Assembly (NCBI GenBank): GCA_963705705.1
Contig: CAVPKK010000007.1
Coordinates: 64,001-128,000 of the forward strand
Reading direction: 5' to 3'
Length of the DNA: 64,000 nucleotides
From: an uncultured bacterium
GTDB lineage: Bacteria; Babelota; Babeliae; Babelales; JABCYS01
The notes beneath the pieces were generated by a model, which worked only from the letters and a program-made list of their open reading frames with translations, did not search any database and was not told the DNA's origin. Below, in pieces: positions 48,541 to 58,374 of this stretch (positions are counted from its first letter, which is position 1; each line of letters opens with the position of its first letter). A program made the translations under genes and the position numbers.

Positions 48541-50601
48541 TTATACAACTGATAGATTATCAAATGTATCAGGCGTCTGACCCAAATTATTAGTTACTTC
48601 TGGCGGGAAGCCCGTTGAATGGCTCCAAGTTCTTATTGGCGTATCGGCCGATAAGCCCCATGTCACTAAATTCTTGGTGTAATTTAATCGACCATTATTA
48701 TAGGCGATGTTGTTAAGAAACACATTGCCAAGTGTATTTACTGAGTTTGAGCCATCGTAGAAGCCGGCAACTGTATTATCATACGCAGTATTGCCGCGCA
48801 CAATGGCATTTCCAGATTGCAAAGTCGTTGTTGTTGTAATCGTTGACAATGCAACGCCTATACCATTGCCATAGCTCACGCAATCTAATACCGATGATTC
48901 AACTGCCCAATTAACCAAGAATCCGTACGCATGACTTTGCAACGGACAGAAAACGCTACCAGAGATACAATTTTCAAATACCACTTGATTAGGGAAATTG
49001 CGTGTCTGAAGGCCAGTATCAATGTCAGCCGCAAAGCCTGCAGCAATTATTGTGGTTGTTAGTGCATTAGAAGTATTTGCAATATTCAATGCAACACAAT
49101 TTTTGACGCTTGCAGCACTAGCTTCGTTAAAATTATATCCATTTACTAGGTTGGTAGAACCAAAAATATTTTGCACTACGCAATCTTCCACGCTTATCGT
49201 ATTAACAGCAGTACTTCCGCCAGTGACAGCAATACCTTCAACGACGTTAAGACTTGTAGTCAGACTTGCTGTGTATGTGCTTGTTAAATTTTGTACTACA
49301 CAATTACGCACGGCCACATTAGCACTTGCGAACAAATTAATTCCACCGCAAATTGTGCCGGAACCGCCACTCACACCCATAAAGTCAGTGGTCATATTTT
49401 GAAAAACGCAGTTGGAAATAGCTAAACTTTGGGCGAATGAACTCGTTAAGCCAATCGCTTGCTTAAATCCAGTGATCGCTGCCGCAATGCAATTATCAAT
49501 TGTTATCTGAGATGGATTTGAGGATAGATGAAAACCGTATGCAAATTCATTAGTCGATGTAATTGAATAGCTTTCGCAGTCTCTAATTGTTGCGTAGGTT
49601 AAATGTGTTGGGTTACCTTCACCAAAAAAAGATAATCCGGAACATAAGCCAACATTACTCAGATTGTAAAACGTACAGTTTTCAACCAAAGTATGTAATG
49701 TCTTATTAAAAACAGCACCATACACTTGATTATCGAGATTTACGCCATTCACAAATTGAGTGCTGAACGTAGAGAAATTATCGTGGAAGTTACTATTTTT
49801 TACTATTAGATCATTGCTTATTCCGTCAAGTGCCAATCCAGCTGTTTGAATAGCAGGTCCATTATGATTCAATGTTGCACCGAATGGCCCGTTGAACGAT
49901 CCGTCAATTGAATCAATCAATACGTGCAACGCGCCTTCGCGAATGAGTAACCCTATACCCCCATTGTAATTGAATTGAGAATTTTTCACTGAAATGTCTT
50001 GGGAATTTTGCTGGATTTCTGTACCAACAAATCCATTTGAATTAGCCGTCAGATGATCGAGTGTAATATTTGAGCAATTTGGGCTAACCAAAATTGCAGT
50101 ACTGAATGTGCCTATAACTGAACCATTTTGGATCGTTACATTTTGCATATTCGGATTTACTTGAATACCGATAAAACCATCATGACCACCACCATTGATT
50201 GTGCGATCATTCAGTTCCAATGTTACTTGACTGGCGTTGATGGTAATCGCGGTACCTAAGCTAAATGCAATATCTTGAGCTAATGAATATTTACCGGAAC
50301 AGTTAATTACCAGCGGTATGTCGCATTGGGTAATAATATAACCGCTACCAAGCCCGGCTGCTGCACGAACAATTTCATCTTTTATGCAGAATGACAGCGG
50401 GCAAAGTTCGATTTCGACCCTAGGGCAACCCGTTGTAGGATAGCAACAAGGGGTTACAGCCGAAAGTGATGCCGTAGCGAAAAGCACCATTAAACTAACT
50501 GCTTTGACTTTAGTTAGAAACGATTGAGCTATCGAGTGATCGAATGACCACGCGAATGCTGGTCGAATTGAATGATGGTTCATACCATGTCTCCTGCGCA
50601 C
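48541..50601 (-). CDS. Secreted right-handed beta-helix (pectin lyase-like) protein
   Basis: Repeated 'V.V.NC' / 'G..L' coils, Asn/Gly/Thr-rich, Cys-rich N-cap, ITINASQVTLELNDRTING. Confidence 0.85.
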   Translation of the reverse strand: MRRRHGMNHHSIRPAFAWSFDHSIAQSFLTKVKAVSLMVLFATASLSAVTPCCYPTTGCPRVEIELCPLSFCIKDEIVRAAAGLGSGYIITQCDIPLVINCSGKYSLAQDIAFSLGTAITINASQVTLELNDRTINGGGHDGFIGIQVNPNMQNVTIQNGSVIGTFSTAILVSPNCSNITLDHLTANSNGFVGTEIQQNSQDISVKNSQFNYNGGIGLLIREGALHVLIDSIDGSFNGPFGATLNHNGPAIQTAGLALDGISNDLIVKNSNFHDNFSTFSTQFVNGVNLDNQVYGAVFNKTLHTLVENCTFYNLSNVGLCSGLSFFGEGNPTHLTYATIRDCESYSITSTNEFAYGFHLSSNPSQITIDNCIAAAITGFKQAIGLTSSFAQSLAISNCVFQNMTTDFMGVSGGSGTICGGINLFASANVAVRNCVVQNLTSTYTASLTTSLNVVEGIAVTGGSTAVNTISVEDCVVQNIFGSTNLVNGYNFNEASAASVKNCVALNIANTSNALTTTIIAAGFAADIDTGLQTRNFPNQVVFENCISGSVFCPLQSHAYGFLVNWAVESSVLDCVSYGNGIGVALSTITTTTTLQSGNAIVRGNTAYDNTVAGFYDGSNSVNTLGNVFLNNIAYNNGRLNYTKNLVTWGLSADTPIRTWSHSTGFPPEVTNNLGQTPDTFDNLSVV

Positions 50602-50776
50602 ATAAGCGCAAACGTAGGGCCAAGAACATGCTACCCAATAACCCGTTGTTATTGGACATGCTCAAAAACTTATGAAGCTTGATCCTATGTGATTTGAAGC
50701 GAGATCATGGTGTGCGAATAGAAATCAACCTTTTATTTTGCTCTAAGATATAGCAAATCTAACAGCCTGCCACAAA

Positions 50777-52264
50777 CTACAACAGTTCGCCGGCCAATCT
50801 GCTCAATTCACTACGTTCACTAGTTTCTAGGAACACTGCACCGAAAAGTGGCTGGCCAATAAACTTATTGGTGGTTACCACAAGACCGTTAGTACTCACA
50901 TCCAAATATGGTGAGTCGATTTGGAATGGATCGCCAGCAAGAACGAGCTTCGTTCCTTCACCGGCTCGGCTGACCAAGGTTTTCACCTCGTGCGGCGTAA
51001 GATTTTGTACTTCGTCGATAAGAATATATTGGAATGGAATTGACCGGCCGCGCATATAGGTAATGGCCTCAAGGCTTACCTTGCCTGCATTAATCAGTTG
51101 GTCTAATGAAGCGAATCCTGAATTTTCTACCGGCCGCGGGCTCTGCTCCTTGCGCTTTTCACCTTTGCGGAAAGGGTGCTTAGAGCGTTCCTTGCTACCT
51201 GAACGGGTTTGTTCATGCACTTGTTCCATGTGTTGCCCAATGGATGAGGCATGGGCGAGGATATCAATCGAATCATACATCGGTTGCATCCAGCCACGAA
51301 GCTTTTCTTGGATATCACCCGGCAAATAGCCAATATCAGGGCCAAGCGGTACCACTGGCCGGGTAGCCAATACGCGGCGATATTCATCATTGATAACTTG
51401 TTGCAACCCAGATACTAAGGCCAAGAATGTTTTCCCGGTTCCTGCGGGCCCGATTAAACTTATAAGCTTCACATCCGGATCGAATAGAAGATCAAGCGTC
51501 ATCAGCTGTTGCGGATTTTTTGGCTTGATCGGCCATTGGAGTGTTGGCGCGGTTACCTCTTTAAACTTTTTATATCCGAGGTAGCGGAATAAACGGGAAT
51601 TCCATTCTGCATGCGGTGAGCGTAAGAAAACAAATTCATTGGGTACGAGCGGCGGGATTACAGTTTGGCGCTGATGTGAATTTTCTTCTTCTTCCTGTTC
51701 TGCGTTATGAGCCTGCTCATTCATATGGTCTTCGACAAGACTATGTACGGTTTCTAGCTTTACCTTTTTTAGCTCATTGGCAGAAACATCAATCGCCCGC
51801 CAACCACGGTAAATATGCTCTCGTGGCACGGCATCTTTGCTGTAATCCTGCGTTGGCACCCCGAGGGCATCAGCCTTTACCCGGGCATTTAAATCTTTAG
51901 TAATAAAGACAATGTCGAAACCCTTTTTTAGCATGCCAAGGGCAGTCAAAATAATTTCGTTGTCGGCAACATCGAGAAACAGGTTGGTATCTGGCAGTTC
52001 ATTGCGTGGGAAGAATACGATTTTTACCAGACCACCCTCCTCCAATGCCACGCCATCTTGTAGCGAGCCACGGTTGCGAAGGCTATCGAGCTCTCGCACT
52101 ACTGCGCGGGCGGCTTGGCCGCGCTCCGAGCTCTCGCTTTTAATGCCGTCAAGCTCCTCAAGCACCACCAGGGGTATGGCTACCGTATGATCACCAAAGT
52201 TGTAGATTGCTGAGGTATCATAGATCAGAACGTTGGTATCAAGTAAAAATATTTTGTTGGACAT
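50777..52264 (-). CDS. PIN-domain PhoH-like ATPase (PhoH2/YlaK type)
   Basis: LDTNVLI, VLEELD, GPAGTGKT, GYLPGD, YMRGRS, DEVQN, GDPFQID. Confidence 0.95.
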   Translation of the reverse strand: MSNKIFLLDTNVLIYDTSAIYNFGDHTVAIPLVVLEELDGIKSESSERGQAARAVVRELDSLRNRGSLQDGVALEEGGLVKIVFFPRNELPDTNLFLDVADNEIILTALGMLKKGFDIVFITKDLNARVKADALGVPTQDYSKDAVPREHIYRGWRAIDVSANELKKVKLETVHSLVEDHMNEQAHNAEQEEEENSHQRQTVIPPLVPNEFVFLRSPHAEWNSRLFRYLGYKKFKEVTAPTLQWPIKPKNPQQLMTLDLLFDPDVKLISLIGPAGTGKTFLALVSGLQQVINDEYRRVLATRPVVPLGPDIGYLPGDIQEKLRGWMQPMYDSIDILAHASSIGQHMEQVHEQTRSGSKERSKHPFRKGEKRKEQSPRPVENSGFASLDQLINAGKVSLEAITYMRGRSIPFQYILIDEVQNLTPHEVKTLVSRAGEGTKLVLAGDPFQIDSPYLDVSTNGLVVTTNKFIGQPLFGAVFLETSERSELSRLAGELL

Positions 52265-52380
52265 TGAGCTCTCCTAATGAGGGGATAATTTTTTTTCAAA
52301 CTATCTGAAGCTGAGCAAAAAACAACTTTTTTTGATATATTATCCCAAATAAGGCCCCTGGTTCGTTTTAGGATTTATCA

Positions 52381-54072
52381 ATGGACATCAACATTCTACG
52401 CCATTCTACAGCTCATTTGCTTGCTCACGCCGTGGTCGAATTATTCCCGGGCACTAAATTGACTATCGGACCGGCAACCGAGGATGGATTCTTTTACGAC
52501 TTCATAGCACCACGCTCGGTCAAGGAAGAAGATCTTGATCATATCCAAGCGCGCATGTGGGAGCTTTCGCAAAAGAATTTTCCAATCGAGCATAAACAGA
52601 TTTCCAAAGAAGAAGCCCGCAAGCTTTTCATTGATAATCCGTTTAAATTAGAGCTTATCAATGAGATACCCGAAGAAACGGTGGGTATTACCATCCAAGG
52701 TGATTGGATTGATCTCTGCCGCGGTGGCCACGTTAACTGCACGGGCGATATTAAGCACTTCAAATTATTAAACATTTCCGGCTCCTACTGGCGCGGCAAA
52801 CGAGATGGAACTGCCCTACAGCGTATTAGTGGAACGGCTTTTTTTTCCCGGGAAGATTTGGAAGAATTTGACCGGTTGCGCGAAGAAGCAGCACTATATG
52901 ATCACCGCAAGTTAGGTAAACAACTTGATCTATTTTCGTTTCATGAAGAAGGGGTTGGCTTTCCGTTTTATCATCCCAAAGGTAAGGCGATCATTAATGC
53001 TATGATCGATTACCTACGCAAGGAGCAAAACGCCGACGGCTATAAAGAAGTCCAGACTCCTATGATGTTGAGCGAGAGTTTATGGCATCGTTCAGGCCAC
53101 TGGAACTTTTACAAAGACAACATGTTCTTCTGTGGCATGGATCATGAAAATTATGCCGTTAAACCGATGAACTGCCCGGGCGCATTTCTCATCTATAATG
53201 AACGCCCCCGTTCTTACCGCGAACTCCCGCTGCGATTGTCAGAGTTTGGCCATGTGCACCGTAATGAATTATCTGGTGTTCTTCATGGGCTATTGCGTGT
53301 TCGGGCATTCACCGTAGACGATGCCCATGTGTTTATTACCCCTGACCATATTGAATCAGAAGTATTGGGTATGATTGCTCTACTCAAACGGGTACTCACC
53401 AAGTATGGGCTCACCAATATAAAAGCATTTTTGGCCACACGCCCAGAAAAGGCGATGGGCGACCAGCTTATTTGGGAAAAGGCGGAAGCAGCACTCAAGG
53501 CGGCACTCGATAAGGTTGGCATGCAATATGAAGTTGACGCCGGCGGCGGTGCTTTCTATGGGCCAAAGATTGATTTCAAATTCACTGACTCGCTCAAACG
53601 CGAATGGCAGTGCGGCACGGTGCAGCTCGATTTCTTCCAACCAGAAAATTTCGATCTGAACTATGTGGCTTCAACGGGCCAAAAGGAACGACCGGTTATT
53701 GTACACCGTGCTTTATATGGATCAGTTGAACGGTTTTTTGCTGTGCTCTTGGAACATTACAAAGGGGCACTTCCTTTCTGGTTATCGCCAGAACAAGTTC
53801 GTATTTTGACCATCACTGACGATGCATTAGGCTACGGTCAGCACATTATTGATCAGCTTAAGGCAATGAATGTACGTGCCGATCTAGACCGATCATCGGA
53901 TCAGATTTCGGCCAAGATTCGCAATGCACAAGTTGAGAAAATTCCAATGATGATTGTGCTCGGCAAAAAAGAATTGGAAAATAAAACAGTGAGCATACGA
54001 ACCTTGGATGGTAAGCAGGAGATGGGTGTTTCAATTGAACATCTCATGAAAAAAATAACTGAGTTGCAGTAA
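52381..54072 (+). CDS. thrS: Threonine--tRNA ligase (no N-terminal TGS domain)
   Basis: LRHSTAHLLA, DLCRGGH, DHRKLG, KPMNCP, FYGPKID, QCGTVQLDF. Confidence 0.98.
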   Translation: MDINILRHSTAHLLAHAVVELFPGTKLTIGPATEDGFFYDFIAPRSVKEEDLDHIQARMWELSQKNFPIEHKQISKEEARKLFIDNPFKLELINEIPEETVGITIQGDWIDLCRGGHVNCTGDIKHFKLLNISGSYWRGKRDGTALQRISGTAFFSREDLEEFDRLREEAALYDHRKLGKQLDLFSFHEEGVGFPFYHPKGKAIINAMIDYLRKEQNADGYKEVQTPMMLSESLWHRSGHWNFYKDNMFFCGMDHENYAVKPMNCPGAFLIYNERPRSYRELPLRLSEFGHVHRNELSGVLHGLLRVRAFTVDDAHVFITPDHIESEVLGMIALLKRVLTKYGLTNIKAFLATRPEKAMGDQLIWEKAEAALKAALDKVGMQYEVDAGGGAFYGPKIDFKFTDSLKREWQCGTVQLDFFQPENFDLNYVASTGQKERPVIVHRALYGSVERFFAVLLEHYKGALPFWLSPEQVRILTITDDALGYGQHIIDQLKAMNVRADLDRSSDQISAKIRNAQVEKIPMMIVLGKKELENKTVSIRTLDGKQEMGVSIEHLMKKITELQ

Positions 54073-54286
54073 TTTATTACTAAAAATGATCAATTTCTGC
54101 ACGACCTACAACACGTGAATTTTTGCTGTCCACCGGCGTTTTCAGATGTTCGCACAATTTTTTTGTTGCAAACTCTTGCATTTTCACTTTCTCTTTTTGT
54201 ATCATTGTGTTGTAAGTAAAGTGTGGTGTTACAAAAGGTAACCACTGCACTAGTATTATAAACACCTTTATTAAAAGGAGTCCGTA

Positions 54287-54469
54287 ATGGTAAAGAGACG
54301 TAAAGCCGCTGGAGCTAAAAAAGCTGCTGGTGCAAAGAAGAGCCCTGCTCGTCGTGTTAAGAAAACTGCGACAAAGAGAGCTGGCGCCAAGAAAACAGCT
54401 AAGCGTAAGACGCCAGCGCGTAAAAAGACCGCTGCTCGTTCAACGCGTACTAGCTATTTCTCGCTATAA
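54287..54469 (+). CDS. Small Lys/Arg/Ala-rich histone-H1-like protein
   Basis: AAGGAG RBS, KKAAGAKK repeats, promoter TTGCAT-N18-TATCAT. Confidence 0.75.
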   Translation: MVKRRKAAGAKKAAGAKKSPARRVKKTATKRAGAKKTAKRKTPARKKTAARSTRTSYFSL

Positions 54470-55165
54470 TCTACCGTAAAAGGGGCACTGTTTTTTACGA
54501 AACGGTGCTCTTTTTTTTGCCAAAATCTCAGATACCTGATTTTTCCGCGGGGCATTCTGGCCCCATTTTACAAATAAATGATTAACTTCCGACCAATATT
54601 TCTTCGGTAGTAATTCCATTAAAGCCACTTCAGTCTGATCCGCAGTCTTGGTATGTACCAAGCCAAATTGATTAGCTAACCGATGCACATGAGTATCTAC
54701 GCAGATGGCCGGCTTGCCAAAGGCAACGCTTAATACCAAGGCGGCTGTCTTGTGGCCAATGCCTTTGATAGAAAGTAATTCATCTTCGGTATTAGGCACC
54801 TTTTCATGAAACCGATCAATCAATTCTTTGCTCACACTTTTTAATGTCTTAGCCTTATTGTGATAAAAACCGATTGGCTTAATAATCCGCTCCAGCTCAC
54901 GCAGGGGAATCGCCAACATTTCTTGCGGCGTACGCGCCACTTCAAATAACTTTTTGGAAATTGGATACGTAACCGCATCACGCGCACGCAGACTAAGCAG
55001 ACAGCTTATGAGTATTAGATAGGGATCATTGTTATATTCATCCTTGATACGTTCCGACATCGGCTCGGGGAAGTTTTTCGTCTTCTTTCGCAGAATTTTG
55101 ATTATTTTAAGTGCATATGCACGACGAGTTTTTAAATCATTTTTTTTCAGCATGGTATTGAACAC
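54464..55165 (-). CDS. nth: Endonuclease III (HhH-GPD glycosylase) lacking the C-terminal 4Fe-4S motif
   Basis: LISCLLS, IGFYHNKA, LLSIKGIGHKTA, ICVDTHVHR. Confidence 0.9.
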   Translation of the reverse strand: MFNTMLKKNDLKTRRAYALKIIKILRKKTKNFPEPMSERIKDEYNNDPYLILISCLLSLRARDAVTYPISKKLFEVARTPQEMLAIPLRELERIIKPIGFYHNKAKTLKSVSKELIDRFHEKVPNTEDELLSIKGIGHKTAALVLSVAFGKPAICVDTHVHRLANQFGLVHTKTADQTEVALMELLPKKYWSEVNHLFVKWGQNAPRKNQVSEILAKKRAPFRKKQCPFYGRL

Positions 55166-55207
55166 ATATATTTTGATCTAGACCGTTTATCGTAACATGG
55201 CCCGAAT

Positions 55208-55242
55208 CCGCTCATCCTGAGTTTATCGAAGGATCAGAGCGG
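55208..55242 (+). repeat. REP-like element
   Basis: ccgctcatcctgagtttatcgaaggatcagagcgg. Confidence 0.9.
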
Positions 55243-55367
55243 GAAGTAAGCTCGGGTGAACAGAATAAAATGATCCTGTAGATCCGATTATGATGTAAAC
55301 ATAGAACAACTAATCTGCGCGCAGTATACTACCCACACTAAAAATTACCCGACTGGAGAAATGGTTC

Positions 55368-56285
55368 ATGGATTTGGCATCATTCAAACAGCATACCAAA
55401 AGTTTTCTGCAGCATATTGCTGTAGAGAAAAACTTGGCCGCCAATACCCGGCGGGCCTACACAAGCGATTTAGAACAGTTTATTGAGTTTTGGGACCGTA
55501 TAACACAAGATAATTCGCCCTTGCCCATGGCCACAGTGCTTGAACGCTTTTTTGTAAGTCTCTACCACCAAAAAATTAATAAGAGCTCCATCGCACGAAA
55601 GCTATCCTGCTTTAAATCATTCGAAAAATATCTTCGTATTGCGGGGGTGGAATTCAAAATAAACCTTGCCCGGCCACGGCTGGATAAAAAGTTGCCTGTG
55701 TATCTGAGCGTCGATGAAATATTTTACCTCCTTGATAGCATTAAGCATGAGGATCTTCCTACCAAAAAACCATTGCGCGATAAGGCCGTATTGGAATTAT
55801 TGTATGCCACGGGAGTGCGATGCGCTGAGTTAGTTGGTATTAAAATTGGCGACATTAATGTTGATCAAAAATGTGTGCGCGTTTATGGCAAAGGCCGCAA
55901 GGAACGAATGGCCTTATTCGGCGAACGGGCAAAGAAAAGTATTTTGGAATTCATCCAAAAAGAGCGGGGTCCAGTTACGTCGCTCAACGACCCACTTTTT
56001 AATAGCTTCAAAAACAAGCCGCTGACCACCCGTTCAGTCCAACGTATCATTGGGATGTTCCGAAATGTACTTAACACCGGCCGCCCTATTTCACCCCACA
56101 AAATCCGTCACTCATTTGCCACTCATATGCTACACCAAGGAGTTGATCTTCGGGTTGTGCAAGAACTATTGGGCCACGCTTCACTGTCCAGCACCGAGAA
56201 ATACACGCACGTCTCGAGCCAACAACTGGCAGCTATGTGCGATACCTTGCACCCTATTCATAAGATGATTAAAAATAATAAATGA
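55368..56285 (+). CDS. xerC: Tyrosine recombinase, XerC/XerD family
   Basis: RDKAVLELLYATGVR, GKGRKER, PHKIRHSFATH, LLGHASLSSTEKYTH. Confidence 0.88.
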   Translation: MDLASFKQHTKSFLQHIAVEKNLAANTRRAYTSDLEQFIEFWDRITQDNSPLPMATVLERFFVSLYHQKINKSSIARKLSCFKSFEKYLRIAGVEFKINLARPRLDKKLPVYLSVDEIFYLLDSIKHEDLPTKKPLRDKAVLELLYATGVRCAELVGIKIGDINVDQKCVRVYGKGRKERMALFGERAKKSILEFIQKERGPVTSLNDPLFNSFKNKPLTTRSVQRIIGMFRNVLNTGRPISPHKIRHSFATHMLHQGVDLRVVQELLGHASLSSTEKYTHVSSQQLAAMCDTLHPIHKMIKNNK

Positions 56286-56408
56286 GCTGAAACGAATCCA
56301 TTACCAATATTGCTTTATGAATTAAATTTAAAACTTCCAAGCAAATTAAAAAGCCTCGAACAAGCAAGATAACGGAGGCAGGAGGCGGTAGCCTCCTGAT
56401 GGAGTGGA

Positions 56409-56444
56409 GGGGAGGGGTTTTAGGGGAGGGAACGGACCCTTAGC
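56409..56444 (+). repeat. G-rich 36-bp repeat, copy 2
   Basis: ggggaggggttttaggggagggaacggacccttagc. Confidence 0.85.
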
Positions 56445-56516
56445 CCAGTGTCACAAAAAAATATTAGCCTGATTAAGAACCAATGATGAAGTCATCTAAA
56501 ATAAAATATTGAGCTT

Positions 56517-58229
56517 ATGCTACCCCATGTAAAGTGCGCCCAGAAAATCACCCTACTCACCGTAGGCTTCACTTTTTTATTTACCATCATCGTCGCACGC
56601 CTATTCGATCTCCAAATCCGCCATGGCAAACAGCTTGTTGAACTCAGCCAAAAAAATTTCTTGCGCTCAGAGAAAGTGCAGCCAACACGCGGGAACATAC
56701 TGGATGCTAATGGTAATTTATTAGCCACCAACCGCCCCGTCATTAAATTATTTTGGCATGGGCTTGGCACCCCAAAGATGCTCGAGTCTCAAACTAATAG
56801 TATCCGCCTGCTCGAACAGATCCTTGGCACTGAGTTATTAACAAGCCATTCCCTACAACGCGCTGAACGTTTTGGCCGCCGCGTGGAGCTAGCCGATGAT
56901 CTTTCGATGGAAACAGTAAGCCGCATTGTCGAACAATTACCAGCCCACTCACAAATACATATCACTTCTGGCGTTAAGCGCTTCTATCCCCATATGGAAA
57001 TGGCGAGCCACTTGCTCGGTTATCTAGGCCAAGGATTAGAAGTTGATAACGCTTTACACGGCAAAAGCGGTTTTGAAAAAATGCTTGAAGACTCGTTACG
57101 CGGTGAAGAGGGAGAGATACAAAAGATTATAAATTCGATTGGCAAAAGCATCGCCGAGCGAGAATTAAAACAAGCTAATGCCGGAACCGATATTAAAACC
57201 ACACTTGATTTTAATCTGCAGAATTTGGCCGAACAATCGTTCCCCAAAACCAATAACGGCTGCATGCTCATCATGGATCCACATACCGGCGCCTTGCGAG
57301 CATTGGTTTCACGACCTAACTTCGATCCCAATATTTTCTTAGATGCTATCGATCAAGATATGTGGCAAGATTTACAGGGAAAAAAAGCCTTTTTAAATCG
57401 CGCCTTCAATGCTGCGTATCCCCCTGCTTCTATCTTTAAACTAATAACTGTTGCGGCCGCGCTTGAGCAAGGAATTATTTCGCAAGAAGCCATGGTTAAT
57501 TGTTGCGGCTACTACCAATTTGGTAACTATCGCCATTGGTGCATGCAACATACCGGTCATGGGAAGCTAACAGTCAAACAGGCGGTGGCTAAATCATGTA
57601 ATATTTTGTTTTATCATATCGGCAAGCATATGCATGTTGATACATTGGCAGATTATGCCCAGCGTTTTGGCTTAGGCCAGAAAGTAGACATGCTCTTTCC
57701 CAACCTACCAGGATTGGTGCCCAACAGTAGCTGGAAAAAAGAGGTGAAAAAGGAACGCTGGTGGCCAGGTGAAACATTATCATTTGCCATCGGTCAGAGT
57801 TTTACCCTCGTTACCCCAATCCAAATCGCCCGCATGGTTGCTAGTATATTTACCGGCAAGCTTGTCTCACCCAGATTATTGGAAGACGATCTGATTGAAC
57901 AAACACCATTGAATATTAAGCCATCAACCCTTGAATTTATTCGGGATTCGATGCGCTCGGTAGTAAAAATCGGTACCGGTGCGCGCACAGGCAATATTGA
58001 AGGTATAGAAGTGTTTGCAAAAACCGGAACCGCCCAAGTAAGTAGCTTGGCATTGCGTGAAAAGGATACGAAGGACAATCGTTACAAAGAACACGGCTGG
58101 TTCGTGGCCTACTTCAAACAAGCCGGCAAAGAACCTTTTGTTATGGTAATCCTGATGGAACACGTAGAAACCTCGATCGCCGCCGCCCAGGTGGCCAAGA
58201 ACTTCTTGATTGGCTACAGAGAATTGTAA
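56517..58229 (+). CDS. mrdA: Penicillin-binding protein 2
   Basis: RGNILD, PASIFK (SxxK), SCN (SxN), KTGTAQ (KTG). Confidence 0.93.
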   Translation: MLPHVKCAQKITLLTVGFTFLFTIIVARLFDLQIRHGKQLVELSQKNFLRSEKVQPTRGNILDANGNLLATNRPVIKLFWHGLGTPKMLESQTNSIRLLEQILGTELLTSHSLQRAERFGRRVELADDLSMETVSRIVEQLPAHSQIHITSGVKRFYPHMEMASHLLGYLGQGLEVDNALHGKSGFEKMLEDSLRGEEGEIQKIINSIGKSIAERELKQANAGTDIKTTLDFNLQNLAEQSFPKTNNGCMLIMDPHTGALRALVSRPNFDPNIFLDAIDQDMWQDLQGKKAFLNRAFNAAYPPASIFKLITVAAALEQGIISQEAMVNCCGYYQFGNYRHWCMQHTGHGKLTVKQAVAKSCNILFYHIGKHMHVDTLADYAQRFGLGQKVDMLFPNLPGLVPNSSWKKEVKKERWWPGETLSFAIGQSFTLVTPIQIARMVASIFTGKLVSPRLLEDDLIEQTPLNIKPSTLEFIRDSMRSVVKIGTGARTGNIEGIEVFAKTGTAQVSSLALREKDTKDNRYKEHGWFVAYFKQAGKEPFVMVILMEHVETSIAAAQVAKNFLIGYREL

Positions 58230-58374
58230 TTTGCAACATAAGATCACTCTACCACATCACAACATTCATTTTTTAGCAGCCCTGCGCCAAAATCCTTGAT
58301 AATTCATCTTTCAATCCCATACAATCAGTAATGAAAATGGTTTTTAGCAATTCGGACTAAAAAGATGAGAGATT

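Noticed and set aside
55368..56285. Phage or island integrase
   Set aside because: Size and motifs fit housekeeping Xer; flanked by core genes with no phage genes
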